A stretch of DNA of 62,598 nt, filler included, from Dimargaris cristalligena (taxonomy: Eukaryota), in NCBI GenBank assembly GCA_003614675.1. It is 26 parts of 26 records of this genome, joined end to end, with 100 filler letters (N's around TTAATTAATTAA, not from the genome) between each part and the next. Parts side by side here need not be neighbours in the genome. Positions count along the whole stretch, not along the records: positions 1 to 2,355 come from ML004247.1; positions 2,456 to 4,810 come from ML004248.1; positions 4,911 to 7,263 come from ML004249.1; positions 7,364 to 9,714 come from ML004250.1; positions 9,815 to 12,162 come from ML004251.1; 21 more parts are not named here. One strand, written 5' to 3'. Positions within the stretch are counted from its first letter, which is position 1. Each line of letters begins with the position of its first letter. Positions 1-11,232 of this stretch are shown piece after piece. The position numbers were made by a program, and so were the translations under genes. The notes under the pieces are model-generated. The model searched no databases and was not told where the DNA came from. It was given only the letters and a program-made list of their open reading frames with translations.

Positions 1-486
1 ACGACCATAGTTTAGCCAGTAGGTCAAGTTTTTTCCCTATTTTTTAGGTTTTTTTATGACCTACGATTATTGCAGTATTACTCTTAGTTATAGTTATGTA
101 GTTTGGTCATTTTTTATATATATACCTTAGTAGCGTCCCCTCAGTTCAAGGGACAAGTTAGTTTCGAGATAAATGAATACATATCTGTTTTAACTTCACT
201 GGACAAGTTAGTTTCGAGATAAACGAATAAATATCTGTTTTAACTTCACCAGACGATACCGACGACGCGAGACGACGACATACGACGCGATGGCCGACCA
301 GAACACCAGCGGCGATTTCCCTAAGGCCACCTCGGTCTCAACCCCCCCGAACCCAGCAAAGCCCAACGTTCCGCATTACATGACAAAATATGGCGAGCCG
401 TCAAGTGGAAAGAAACCGGAGATTCCCCCTCCTGCCAACTCTCCCAAAGGCACGCCAGCGGAGTCCCTCAAATTGTTGGCAACACA
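1..486 (+). mobile_element. Repeat family A (~1.1 kb LTR-like element), 3' part ending GGCAACACA; internal 50-bp tandem duplication (151-200/201-250)
   Basis: Aligns by eye with 19641-20235 (+), 23593-24349 (-) and 25958-26693 (-). In the 23593 and 25958 copies homology stops at the same ...GCAACACA end. This copy keeps CpGs that the others have lost. Confidence 0.8.
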
Positions 487-526
487 ACAAACAAGGTGGC
501 AGAAATGGTTGATAAATCATGTCTAA
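290..526 (+). CDS. Family-A-encoded ORF (SGDFPKATSVSTP...YMTKYG...KLLAT) reading out of the element end; function unknown, possibly a Gag N-terminus
   Basis: The same ~65-codon peptide is open in three copies (290+, 23517-23837-, 25933-26169-); C-termini differ beyond the element boundary. Confidence 0.4.
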   Translation: MADQNTSGDFPKATSVSTPPNPAKPNVPHYMTKYGEPSSGKKPEIPPPANSPKGTPAESLKLLATQQTRWQKWLINHV

Positions 527-1469
527 GCGGTCGGGTGGACTAGCAAAAAATGATAATGGCGTATTAGTAAGACCTGATATTTGAGTGGGTACCCCAATGG
601 GTAGACGCTAGCTTTCGTTTCTTCTCATGATTACATCACCTTTTACATGCAGAAAAAGAAGCTATGAACTCGTTAATACCATGCAAATAGGATTCATATA
701 ATCACCAGTAATTAGATAAAAAAAAAGGCATTGGTAATCTGTCAACAAGAACTGCAATAGCAATTTGCAGTATGGGGTATAAATTCTGTCAAATTAGGCA
801 TTATCAATTTATTTGTAGGCGAAACAAACAGTTGCTGATGGTAGTAGGTATATGCTACTAATAATCTACCATGTCAATCCTAGAGGTCCTACAGATATAT
901 CCTATGCATATACTTTGGTGTATATTGGGTGTTTTCCTACTCTCCATTATATGCCTTGCCCCCATATGGTATCCCTGCACTAGTGCAACTGCCTTCTATA
1001 TGGGGGTGCCGTCTTTTGTGGTCAAAAAATGCTAATCATAGGAATCCAATATCTAAATAAACGCCCTATTAAGTAGACTTAAGTGTGGTACCTAAGTTGT
1101 TAGCCAATTAACTAAATGTATAATGTAATTTATATCCTGTAAAATAGGCTGAATGAATTATGGGGAATTGGGTACCACAGGCCCACCTCCTAAATAAGCA
1201 TAGCATAGGCCAGCATCCTAGTTAATGGAATAATAGCCTGAACCAGGAAAGAATACAACCTGGCATAGTTAGACTAATGTCACAAAGGGCTTTATATAAG
1301 ATATAATATATTAGACACAGTATCTGGAATTCTTGGACTAACTGGTTAGGGTCATTCAATATTATATCAATTAATGGCAAGATAAGCATTTGAAAAAAAT
1401 GTGTAGTTGTCCCAAATATTAATTGGAGTTAGGATAGGAAGGTAGCTGATGTGATACTCATGAATAGGG

Positions 1470-2043
1470 TGTCACCTGGGTTAACCACTCTTAGTCCATC
1501 AAGAGTCCTAAGAATAGGCTTCTAACAGTAGGTGGGGCTTAGGCTTGGCCAAGCAGGCTACTAGTATTAGGTACAGGTATGGTACTAACTAATAAAGGCT
1601 AAGTGCAGGTATAGGTAAGGGATATACAGTCAGTACACTTACTAGTTAGTATATGGGGGAGTAAGTGTATATAGAATTTATTGGAGGTAAACTAGGGGTA
1701 GGAATAAGCTAAGGAATCTAACCAGTCCCAATGGAGCCCAGTTATATATACACAGGGATAACTCTCGAGGGAGGCCCTAGGGGAAGGATACTACTATGAC
1801 TATAGTATAGGTAAATAGGCCAACCAGACAGCCACAGGTATCTGGAAGACTCTAATAGTAACTAGAAGAGTCTTTAGATCAGCACTTGAGTGATTAGTAT
1901 AAAGAGGTGGAGTCTGGAAGGGGAAAGGTTATATATTATAGGATGATCCCATAGTACTGGGGGTAACCATGGGAAGGTTAATATGGCCTATTAGGGTCAG
2001 ATGTCTATGCTAACTAGATTAAGGTAGATTAGATAGTCCAACA
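1470..2043 (+). mobile_element. Repeat family B solo LTR (~570 bp, TGTCRCCC...GGGCRACA type termini), heavily mutated
   Basis: TG...CA ends; homologous to 7101, 20749, 27086, 33761, 48808 and 57128 copies. Confidence 0.8.
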
Positions 2044-2073
2044 GAGATAACTATTCAAATAAGTGATACTAGA

Positions 2074-2176
2074 TATTGGACCATCTAATATTCCTTAATC
2101 TGGACATCTTAGTGTCCATCCCCATTAGGCCTTATAGCACCATATTAACCTTCCCATAGTCACCCCCAATACTATG
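2074..2176 (-). mobile_element. Family B LTR fragment, tail-to-tail with the previous copy, interrupted by family C
   Basis: Reverse complement of the family B 3' end; cut at 2177 by TGTAAAGAAC. Confidence 0.7.
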
Positions 2177-2355
2177 TGTAAAGAACTGAACTCAAATCCT
2201 TAAAAACTGAACTTTATTCAAAAAGATAGGTGATAAAAGGGAAAGTTGATGATAGACTTGCTGTTCCAAGAGGTGGTAGTAAGTGGGAGTATTTATACTC
2301 GAAAGAGGAAGCCTAAATGAAAAGATGGATGGATAATAGAGAAAGGGAGAGAAGG
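2177..2355 (-). mobile_element. Repeat family C, young LTR 3' end (...AATAAA...GTTCTTTACA)
   Basis: Near-identical to 9550-9714, 26694-26775, 48475-48544 and 55539-55608. TATAAATA and AATAAA lie on the minus strand; every copy is at a contig end. Confidence 0.75.
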
Positions 2356-2455
2356 NNNNNNNNNNNNNNNNNNNNNNNNNNNNNNNNNNNNNNNNNNNNT
2401 TAATTAATTAANNNNNNNNNNNNNNNNNNNNNNNNNNNNNNNNNNNNNNNNNNNN
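2356..2455. other. Artificial contig-join spacer (N44-TTAATTAATTAA-N44); first of 25 identical spacers dividing the window into 26 unrelated contigs
   Basis: Identical 100-nt N-padded linker with stops in all six frames recurs every ~2.4 kb (next at 4811-4910, 7264-7363 ... last at 60214-60313). Confidence 0.99.
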
Positions 2456-2465
2456 AATACTGGCA

Positions 2466-2471
2466 TATAAA
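2466..2471 (+). promoter_or_regulatory. Putative TATA box of the tandem-repeat protein gene
   Basis: TATAAA about 135 nt upstream of the ATG at 2601. Confidence 0.4.
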
Positions 2472-2600
2472 TACGCGTCTCTTGCCCCACCCAAGGTACA
2501 CCATCTTCTTGAGTATCATCAAGTTACTACCAAGTCATACTTTCCCCTTATCATTATAATTTCAACAATTTTATTTCAGTTATTCCAACTCCTGTCCACC

Positions 2601-4344
2601 ATGTTCAGCCATATCCAATGCATTGCCGTAAGTATTGTCTATTTATGTTTGAATTCTTATTAATATTATATCACTCTATTGTTAAATCATTACCAATAAT
2701 TTATTATTAGTATATTTTACTAACAGTAGCTTTAAATCTATTTCATATTGGACTTTTTGAATCTAGATGATGTATTTCGGGTACATGGCCTCTCTTATCG
2801 CTACCTGGCTAATTAACCAAATCAGCCAGGCCAACGAGACCATTGAGCCTGCCACTGAGGAGCCCTTGGCCCCACAGTTACTCCCTGTCCCCGAGGCCCC
2901 ACTCGTGAAGAATGCGCCTTTCAAATCAACTGAAGATGGTAACAAGCTGCTGGTCCCCCGACTAAACGAGACTAGTCCCCCCATGAATCCCTGCTGTACT
3001 GAACAGGCGACACCAACCACCGACGAACCCTTGTCCCCAGAGCTACTCCCGGCTCCGCTTCAAATCCAGACCGTTGTACCGACTAGTCCGTCGAGCAGTT
3101 CTTACCATTCCCAGCAGTCGGCCCCCTCCACCGTGGGTGTGAACAACCTGCTGGAAAAACCCCTGACTCCCAACCAGACCCGAGATGCTGAACTGTCAAG
3201 CCCACTGAACACCCCTCCCCATCCTGAACAAACGGCCCAAACTGCTGTGGATGTGAACAACTTGCTGGAGAAACTGCCGGTCCCCAATCAAACCCGGGCT
3301 ACTGCACCTCCCAGCCCACCTCCCAGCCCCCGCCGCCCCAAACAAACACGCCCCTCTACCGTGGATGCGAATACCCGGTTGAAAAAACCCTCAGTCCCCC
3401 GCCAAACTCGGGCTGCTGCATCACCCAGCCCACCCAACAGTCCCTGCCGCCCTGAACAAGCCGTTCAAACCACCGTGGATGCGAATATCCGGCTGAAGAA
3501 GCCGCCGGTCCCCCGCCTAAGCCGGGCTGCCACAACACTCAGCCCACCTCCCAGCCCCTGCCATCCCAATCAAGCCGTCCAAACCACTGTGGGTGCGAAT
3601 ATCTGGTTGAAAAAACCCCCGGTCCCTCGCCTAAGCCGGGCTGCCGTACTGCCCAGCCTGCCGAAGAGTCCCCGCCACCTCGAACAAGCAGCCCAAGCCA
3701 CCGTAGATGCAAACAACCGGTTGAAAAAGCCCCCGGTCCCCCGCCTAAGCCGGGCTGCCGTACCGCCCAGCCCACCGAAGAGCCTCTGCGGCCCAGAGCA
3801 AGCAAGCCCCTCCACCGCGGATGTGAATAGCCGAGTGAAGACACCACCGGTTCCCCGCCTAAGCCGAGCTACTGCACCACCCAGCCCACCTAACAGTCCC
3901 CGCCGCCTCGAACAAGCAGCCCAAACCGCCATGGATGCAAACAGCCGAGTGAAGACACCACCGGTCCCCCGCCCAACCCGGGCTAGTTCGCCGGCGCAGC
4001 GTCACACTGCCGGACAAGAAACTCCGGCAAATGTTGGAAGGCGAGGCAGTGTAACCAAGCAACCTCTACCCCAGCCAATGCGGACCGTTGCATCTCCCAC
4101 CAGAAACTATGCCAGTTCGACTCGGGCATCCAATTTAATGGCACGTAAGGTACTACCGTCGTCGGGCAAGAATCCTATGCCTACCGCTCCGCCGAGTGGT
4201 GCGTACATTGGGATTTCTGGTTACCCACTCCCTCCGGTTATCCCGGTGATTTACGGTGGAGGGACCGTAGAGTATAAGCCCACCGGGGTTTTGGATGACG
4301 CGGATACACCCTTTAACTGCGGGGTCGCCATCGCGGCATGTTAA
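2601..4344 (+). CDS. Pro/Ser/Arg-rich protein with 38-aa tandem repeats and hydrophobic N-terminus; exons 2601-2627 and 2767-4344 (534 aa)
   Basis: ACCATG start, GTAAGT donor at 2628, TACTAAC branch point at 2718-2724 and TAG acceptor at 2766, giving a phase-0 join to the 525-aa ORF. Confidence 0.75.
3124..3995 (+). repeat. Coding minisatellite, ~7.6 x 114 bp (38 aa; consensus QTTVDANxRLKKPPVPRLSRAAxPPSPPxSPRRPEQAx)
   Basis: Repeats directly visible in the DNA and the translation. Confidence 0.9.
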
Positions 4345-4910
4345 CTTGAATTGCTCTTATAGTCGTGAATCTTGGATCATATTTATTATCGCTCGTAATG
4401 CTCGTCGGACGAACTGGTTACTTTTAGGGGGTGGTCTCTGGCCAAGACCGCCTTCTGAGGGTTTCCCTTTCTTTTGACCGGGCTTACGCTTATTTATTGA
4501 TTTTTTGCCGAATTACTTAGCTCTTGAAATGCCGCCCATTTGATCTGGAATTTCTTGGAACGTGGTCTCTGGCCAGGACTGCCTTCTGAGATTTTCCCTT
4601 CATTTGATTGCGCATCTAAGCTAGCTTGCACCTGCTGGCTATATTTGAATTTGACCGGAACCATTGCTATACCCTCCATTTTCAACGGGATTTTCTCAAA
4701 CGGTCTTGACATTGCATACGGCACTTTTCCAGCCCCGCCTCCCTTACCGGTGGCTAATATCGCTACTTAACATTTTTTGTAAATTGCAAATAGCTCCTAC
4801 TTTTCGTGCCNNNNNNNNNNNNNNNNNNNNNNNNNNNNNNNNNNNNNNNNNNNNTTAATTAATTAANNNNNNNNNNNNNNNNNNNNNNNNNNNNNNNNNN
4901 NNNNNNNNNN

Positions 4911-5990
4911 CGGCGGGTTTGGGCGAGTGGGGTAGAGAGGGTAGGGACAGGCCGAAAGTGGCGCAGAGGGTATCCCAGTCATGGTAAATGCGATCAATGC
5001 GTGCATCCGAGCAGCTTAAATTAACAGTAGGTAGAGTTGGGGGGGCTATTGCTAGCCTGGGACGGACCATCCACTCCGCTGTGGGTAACGTAAAGGGCAG
5101 CCAAATGGCGAGCTGAGTTGGGCAGCTCCGACGGACCGGCGCCCGCGCCTGGGGGGCTGGATAGATGCACGGAATCATCTGTCCTATCAGTGGGCTGGAG
5201 GGACGCTAAAAATGTAGCAAACCCGGCCATGTAAGGGTATAGAAACTCGCCGTATACCGCCGGGAATATACCTTTAGCCCCATCCCGAAGGCACCGGGCA
5301 GCTGACGGCCGTTGTTTGGGATTGCTATAGATCATGCCTTAAATAAGGGTTCGAACGGGCCATGGCGGATTTTAGCCAATGCCGGGCCGGGGTCGTATTC
5401 ACCCCCCTTATACTGGAGTAGCTGGGCTAAGGTGAATATTGATCTCCCTTCGAGGAATAGTTCAGCAATAACACAGTCTAGTGCAAAAATATCCATGGCA
5501 GGCCGGAGACTCGAGCGACGATTGGCAAATATGAAGAAGGGCGATTAGAGATCGTTTCCCCCACCACCCCGCCGAATATAGTCGCCTAAATCCCCGGTAC
5601 TTCCGGTCACAAACCATTCTGAAGCCAGATAACAAGTACGGCGGGCGGACGTGTCGAAAAAGGACGAAAAAATGGCAGGGTTGTCCTCGGGAAGCCAGGT
5701 GGGTTTATAAGGCACAAAGTCGCATAGGTAAGCCCAATTCCAGCCCGATATGAGCATACTTTTGCATTTAATGTCGCCGTGCCAGGTATATGGCGCGGTC
5801 CGTTTCAACCGTGAGCAGATACGAGAGGACCCCGGGAAACTTCATAAGAGCTTCATGGTATTCCTTGACGGTGTGTACGGCCCCCGACACATCCATGCAC
5901 AACTCGGGCTTGGCGAAGAGTTTGAACACTGTAAGTCACTTTTTGGGGTGCCGACAGCAGCTTGTTTCCATGAACTGACCATTACCTAAA
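4911..5990 (-). pseudogene. VPS15: VPS15/PIK3R4 kinase-domain pseudogene (stops, frameshift, internal deletion), truncated by the contig end
   Basis: Motifs LGNGQFM...FKLFAKPE...[60 protein letters not shown] and MDIFALDCVIAELFLEG. In-frame stops near 5935 and 5545, frameshift near 5340. Confidence 0.85.
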
Positions 5991-7100
5991 CTAAGGGAAT
6001 GTACCTAGTGGCTGGACATGGGTCTAGTGGTCGGTATTAGGTAAAGGGACGGGTCTTTACTGCCTAGCCAGTCATTGGTGGAACAAGGGCTGGGTGTCGC
6101 ACCATGCTTTACTATAAGAGTCGAAGCAAGAACTTAAACTGACAGACCATTGAGGTATTGGTAGCGCTTACACAGTCAAGTCGGGGTAACACAATAGGGA
6201 AACAGGGTCTATTCGATCAGGGCATACCCCCACAGGGGATAAAGATACCTACTTCTTCTAGTGCTGAATGTCGCCCTCCAGTTCGGCGACCAGTCCACCA
6301 GTCCCAATGGCCGTGGATCCGCTTGAGGTGGACGCTAATTCTGTGGAATAAGGCTGACCCATATGGCCTGGGCCAGTGAATGCCGGCTTTCAAACAACGG
6401 GATATATAATAATTAATAGAGAGTAAGTGTAAGCGGAGGGGGGGAGTAAAGCGAGCTGGGACAATAGTAAGAAATGGACCAGTTGCAGATGAGACGGACC
6501 GGAGTTAAATGTCCCTTACAATATACAATGTGGTAGACAAGCAGTATAAAAGCGGCTGAGATAGACTGGAAAAATTATATATAATAACGAAGTGACGGTA
6601 GATTAGCAACGAGGTCAGTAGAAATGCAAAGGCCGCATTCAACCCCTTCATTGGCCGCCCCTCACATCTAATTAACAAACTGAGCCAAGTTAAGGCAACT
6701 CGCCCAATGTCTACTAAAGTAACTAATAATCCAACTGGCCCATGTTTTATTACTTGGAGTTCTAAGAAAAACGACAGTAATAGTGTTTCTTTTAGATACT
6801 ACATCTGCCACTTCACGATTATTCCTTGCACTGGGGCCGATGCTATTAGGTTGATAACCCAGTTTCATCCTTGACTGTATATACTTGTGTAATGCCCCGC
6901 CCCGGGGATCCGGGAGGGGTGATGGTTTGCCTGCCAGGTTGAGAAGATCCGGGGCGAGACACGGAAGTCGGCCCAGACATTCGTAAATTTGGGGATTCAG
7001 GCCGGGAGGGCGACAGTGATGTCAAAGTCTCTTGCGGAGAGACCGATCGATTGCGACTGGAGTGAAACATATTACGAATTATTGGTAACGTGGTAAGGGG

Positions 7101-7263
7101 TGTTGCCCGAGTTAACCACTCTTAGTCCGTCAGGAGTCTCGGGGGTAGGCTTCTAACAGTAGGCGGGGCGTTGGACACAGCCAAGCGGGCTACTAGTGTT
7201 AGGGGTGGTGACAAGACTAACCGAATAAAGCAAGCGTAGGACGTAGGCGAGGTCCGTGCACTA
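7101..7263 (+). mobile_element. Family B LTR 5' part, CpG-rich (least mutated) copy
   Basis: TGTTGCCCGAGTTAACCACTCTTAGTCCGTC... aligns with the 1470 copy but retains CpGs. Confidence 0.8.
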
Positions 7264-7363
7264 NNNNNNNNNNNNNNNNNNNNNNNNNNNNNNNNNNNNN
7301 NNNNNNNTTAATTAATTAANNNNNNNNNNNNNNNNNNNNNNNNNNNNNNNNNNNNNNNNNNNN

Positions 7364-8550
7364 GTTCGAAGTAGGAGGTGTGCGAGATAATGAACTTAAC
7401 GCAGTGTACGCTGGAGCAAGAGGCATTGTAAGCGAGCCACTTCCACAGTGGCCCGAATCAGGGGAGGTATAGCCGGCCGGATTGTAGCATTAGTGATCCC
7501 CATTGAGCTAGGTACTGGAGGACTGGGTAGTAATTTGCACAAGCGGAGGGCCAAATCAAAGTGGACCAGGGCCTCTGGGAACTCGCTCAAATTCTGGAAT
7601 ACCCAACCCAACAGCCAGTGGATAGACACGGCCAAGGGTGAGGGCAAATTCGGCTCTGCCTTAGGCTCCACTAATTCCAGGGTGCACTGGAGTGCCCACT
7701 GGGCCGTATTGTACCATCCGTCATGGAAGTAAGCCTCACCCAGTCCCTCCCAAGCCACTACTCCCGTGTTGCTCCCACCCTTGGGGGCTGAGGACTCGGT
7801 ATTTTTGGAAGTACTAGACATAGTTTTCATAGCCTGTTGGAAGGCCATAATAGCCTTTGACTATTGGCCAGTCTGGTGCAAATAGTCCATTGCAATGAAC
7901 CGGCAGGACCAGGGATTTACCTGCATGACCATTTGGGTAACACAGGCTACTAGAGTCCACTGGTGCTCAGCCACATACAACTGGATCAACTACTAGGTGG
8001 TGTCACTGTTGTTCCGGGGATTGAGTTCAAAAGCCCATTGGTAGCATTTGAGGGCCCACTAGACCAGAGCCAGGGCCGGGTGATTGGAATTCGCCTGGGC
8101 TTCCCATTTGTAGAACCAACCTGACCAAAAGAAGGCCATATCTAGCTGGGGATTAAGGTAGGTGGCTTGCAACCAGGCCTTGAGGGTTAGGAGCTTGTCA
8201 CTCTGGTAAGTCCTGCCCTGATCCCAATAGATGTATCCAAGCTGGAAATAATACTCTGTGGTGCGGGGCTGAAGGGTGATGGCACATTTGATCAACCCCT
8301 TGGCCTCTTCCCAGGCCTGGTTTTGGAAATGGACCTACCTGAGTTTGTCTAGGGCCAAATGATTATCTGAATTCTACTCTGTGATGGTTTGTAGTAGTGC
8401 AACTAATTAGGCAAACTGGCCCTGGGAGTTTAGGACCATGGCGAGTCCCAGTTGTGCCAGCAGGGAGTCGGAGTTTAGGGCCAGCACAACCTTGTACACC
8501 TATTGGGCCTTGGGTAAATAGCAGGCACTGAGGGCCTAGTAGGAATTGGC
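7364..8550 (-). pseudogene. SKI3: SKI3/TTC37 (superkiller TPR protein) pseudogene fragment
   Basis: TPR motifs YFQLGYIYW, WALKCYQWAFELNP and AWEGLGEAYFHDGWYNTAQWAL match Ski3 with R-to-W changes. Many in-frame TAG stops; 5' side cut by a copia LTR at 8551. Confidence 0.8.
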
Positions 8551-8740
8551 TGTTGGAAATATAAATTCAAAGGTAAATGCAAGTACCTTTAATTGCAACT
8601 ATAAAGATTTAAAGAAGAGAGAAAGAACTACAAGTGATAAGGCTAAATGCCCGCAGTAGGTTTTATTGAGTAGGATAATAGCAGTTTTAATGATTAGGAT
8701 GAAGTCCCGGGTAAAGAAGGATATGGGTAAAGTTCAATAT
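8551..8740 (-). mobile_element. Copia-type LTR (family D); inner boundary approximate
   Basis: Reverse complement of the 3' part of the LTR at 56466-56725 (terminus TGTTGGAAAT). Confidence 0.7.
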
Positions 8741-9549
8741 AACTATATAATAATTTGGATGAAAGTTCCAATTAGTGTAGTGGTACTATTTTTTTATTGA
8801 AATGGAAGATAGGTACATTGATGGGACTTTTTTTAAAAACAAGGGATGAATAATCACTAACCCTATAATAAATCTATGAATAATGACTTAGGAAAGCCCA
8901 AAAAAAAACTATACTATGTAAATTGATGTTTGGCAACCAGACTAGGTGGTAAATTAGCTTTCTTTAACTACTTTCCACTATTTTTCAATAATTTTAAGCT
9001 ACTTTTTACTAATTTTTAAAAGATTATTCCTATCCTAAATTAAATTATAATAAACCCTAACTTTCTTTTATATATAATCTTACAGTTAGTATATAGAACT
9101 GTGTTTTATTAATTAAACTACCCTTCCAATACTTTAAAATTTCTTACTAATCCATAAAAATACAAATAACCACCAATCCTACCAAACCTTTGAGCTTCTA
9201 AGATTACCCGTGCCCCCTTTCCTTTGGCAATTCATCACCAAACTAATAATTCTAAATAATGAATACACACAATCTACACTGGCTGCATCATAAATTAAGT
9301 AAACCCTTTTCACAGCAGAAAACTGGCCAATGAGGGGCTATGCTTAAGAAATTTTCTGAGTTATCTAGGAATCTGGTAGGGGAAGATGACCTTTTTGATC
9401 TCTTTTCTTCTTTTTTAATGAAAACCAGCTCTGGGAAGGCCCTGTTTGCTAGGTTAGTTAGGGTATCCCCTTTTTTTAATATTATTTTATCTATAGTAGA
9501 CTACTTCTAATCTGCCAAATACTATAATAAGGTAGTTTGGTCTTCCCTC

Positions 9550-9714
9550 TGTAAAGAACTGAACTCAAATCCTTGAAAACTGAACTTTATTTGAAAAAAT
9601 AGATAATAAAAGGGAAAGGTGATAATAGACTTGCTGTTCCAAGAGGTGGCAGCAAGGGGGAGTATTTATACTCAAAAGAGGAAGCCTAAATGAAAAGATA
9701 GATGAATAGATCGG
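9550..9714 (-). mobile_element. Family C LTR end
   Basis: Near-identical to 2177-2355. Confidence 0.75.
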
Positions 9715-10483
9715 NNNNNNNNNNNNNNNNNNNNNNNNNNNNNNNNNNNNNNNNNNNNTTAATTAATTAANNNNNNNNNNNNNNNNNNNNNNNNNNNNNN
9801 NNNNNNNNNNNNNNGCCTGTTACTAAGTATGAATACTATTGGGGTTAAGGAGGCCATGTATTACTAGTATAGGTAGTGTGGCTGTATTGATAGGGCCAAT
9901 ATTTTACAGAAGCTTTTATTAAGTAAGCCCCAGCCATGGCGGTTGCTGGTCAGAAACAAATACGATTTCTAGACTCATAAAGCAGAGTCGGAATACTGCC
10001 GAGCCATACTAGCTACCTACAGCTCAGCTTATGTACTCTTATTCCCGATGCCCCCTCCGGGGTTACAGGATATGGAAACCCGGGTGGGGGATACTATTAG
10101 TGTAGAGACTGCCCAGTTTTATTTATAAATTGGTAGGACTTTATAGGGAGCCATCAAAGATTTAAAAGATGAGTAAAAAAACACACATTGCCAAGTAGGG
10201 AAGGCTATCAAGTAAGACCTGGCTGATTGATTCTAATAGCCAACTACTTTACAAAATAAAGTACACCTTGCTTGGTCGAGGACTAAAAAAAAGGGGGAGA
10301 TCGTGGTTTATCACATTGAACGGAGTTACTTTCATGGACCAAACTACTCGAAATCGCAGTTCTTGGCCACGCCAAACTGACTGCAGCATTCATTTCTGAG
10401 GATAATTGCAGCGTGGTAAGATGTCGTCGGGAAAATTGGACTAACGGCAACGGCGTCACTGTGGTTGATTCTCAATATGGACC

Positions 10484-10900
10484 TCAAAAACCTTGGAACC
10501 CATCTTGGCGAGCAAATTGATCATAATCATCACCCAGGGCATCCTGGTGAGCTACCGAGCCTTTGCCATAGTTAAAAGATTTTTGGCGAGTAATTTCATG
10601 ATAACGGGGATAGGTGGGTTGGTCGTCGTTCTGGTCCTTCTTTTTCCAATCGGTGAATTCGTCGCTGCCTTTGTTTTTATAGCAAATAACCGGGGATGAA
10701 ATTCGATTATTATTGTCATTCTCGTTGAAGCTGGTGCCAAATTGACTAGTGGTCGGAGTATTCATATATCCATGATAAGCGCGACGCACTAAACGTGGGG
10801 CAGAGAGGGCATCCGCCTGGGCCGGCATATCGCCATTGGCAACGGCACAGAAAGCGGCGATAGCCACGAAAAGGGCATGGGTGGAAAGAGGGGAAAGCAT
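10484..10900 (-). CDS. Small secreted protein (138 aa) with signal peptide and Kex2-like LVRR site; candidate effector
   Basis: ATG at 10900; hydrophobic MLSPLSTHALFVAIAAFCAVANG; RR dibasic site; hydrophilic mature region; intact CpG-rich coding sequence. Confidence 0.7.
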   Translation of the reverse strand: MLSPLSTHALFVAIAAFCAVANGDMPAQADALSAPRLVRRAYHGYMNTPTTSQFGTSFNENDNNNRISSPVICYKNKGSDEFTDWKKKDQNDDQPTYPRYHEITRQKSFNYGKGSVAHQDALGDDYDQFARQDGFQGF

Positions 10901-11201
10901 TGTCAATTGGAATGAATTTCAGGATGTTACAGCCGAGTGGAGGGGGTAGCCAAAAGTGGTCAGCCTGGAGCCAAGGTTCGAAAGAGGAGGTGGATTCGAT
11001 TTGAGACGAGATGAAATAGGTAAAGAGTCAGAGAGTATCAGAAGTTCTCTAGATAAATCTGAAACCAAGGATAAGGTGACCACAAAACTCGATTTAAACT
11101 CGGCGGGTTAAATCGAATAGGAGGGAAGGTGTGTATGTACAAGATGTAGACGGGGAGGATATGTGGAAAAGATGAGGGGGCAGATGCTGGGCTTTTATAT
11201 C

Positions 11202-11203
<2 letters not shown>

Positions 11204-11232
<29 letters not shown>
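11204..11232 (+). repeat. (GA)n microsatellite next to a minus-strand TATAAAA upstream of the secreted-protein gene; second (GA)n at ~11344-11360
   Basis: Directly visible. Confidence 0.9.

Noticed and set aside
2400-2411. TTAATTAATTAA recurring every ~2.4 kb as a biological repeat or CRISPR-like array
   Set aside because: Always centred in N padding; it is a contig-joining linker. ORFs containing X runs across it are artefacts.
3124-3995. 114-bp repeats as a CRISPR array; antisense ORFs 3102-4062
   Set aside because: No unique spacers, the unit is a multiple of three and lies in a long ORF; antisense ORFs are shadows of GC-rich coding repeats.
4430-4612. Duplicated ~50-bp segment downstream of the repeat-protein gene as a regulatory array
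   Set aside because: Only two diverged copies; the minus-strand reading is interrupted by stops and no function can be supported.
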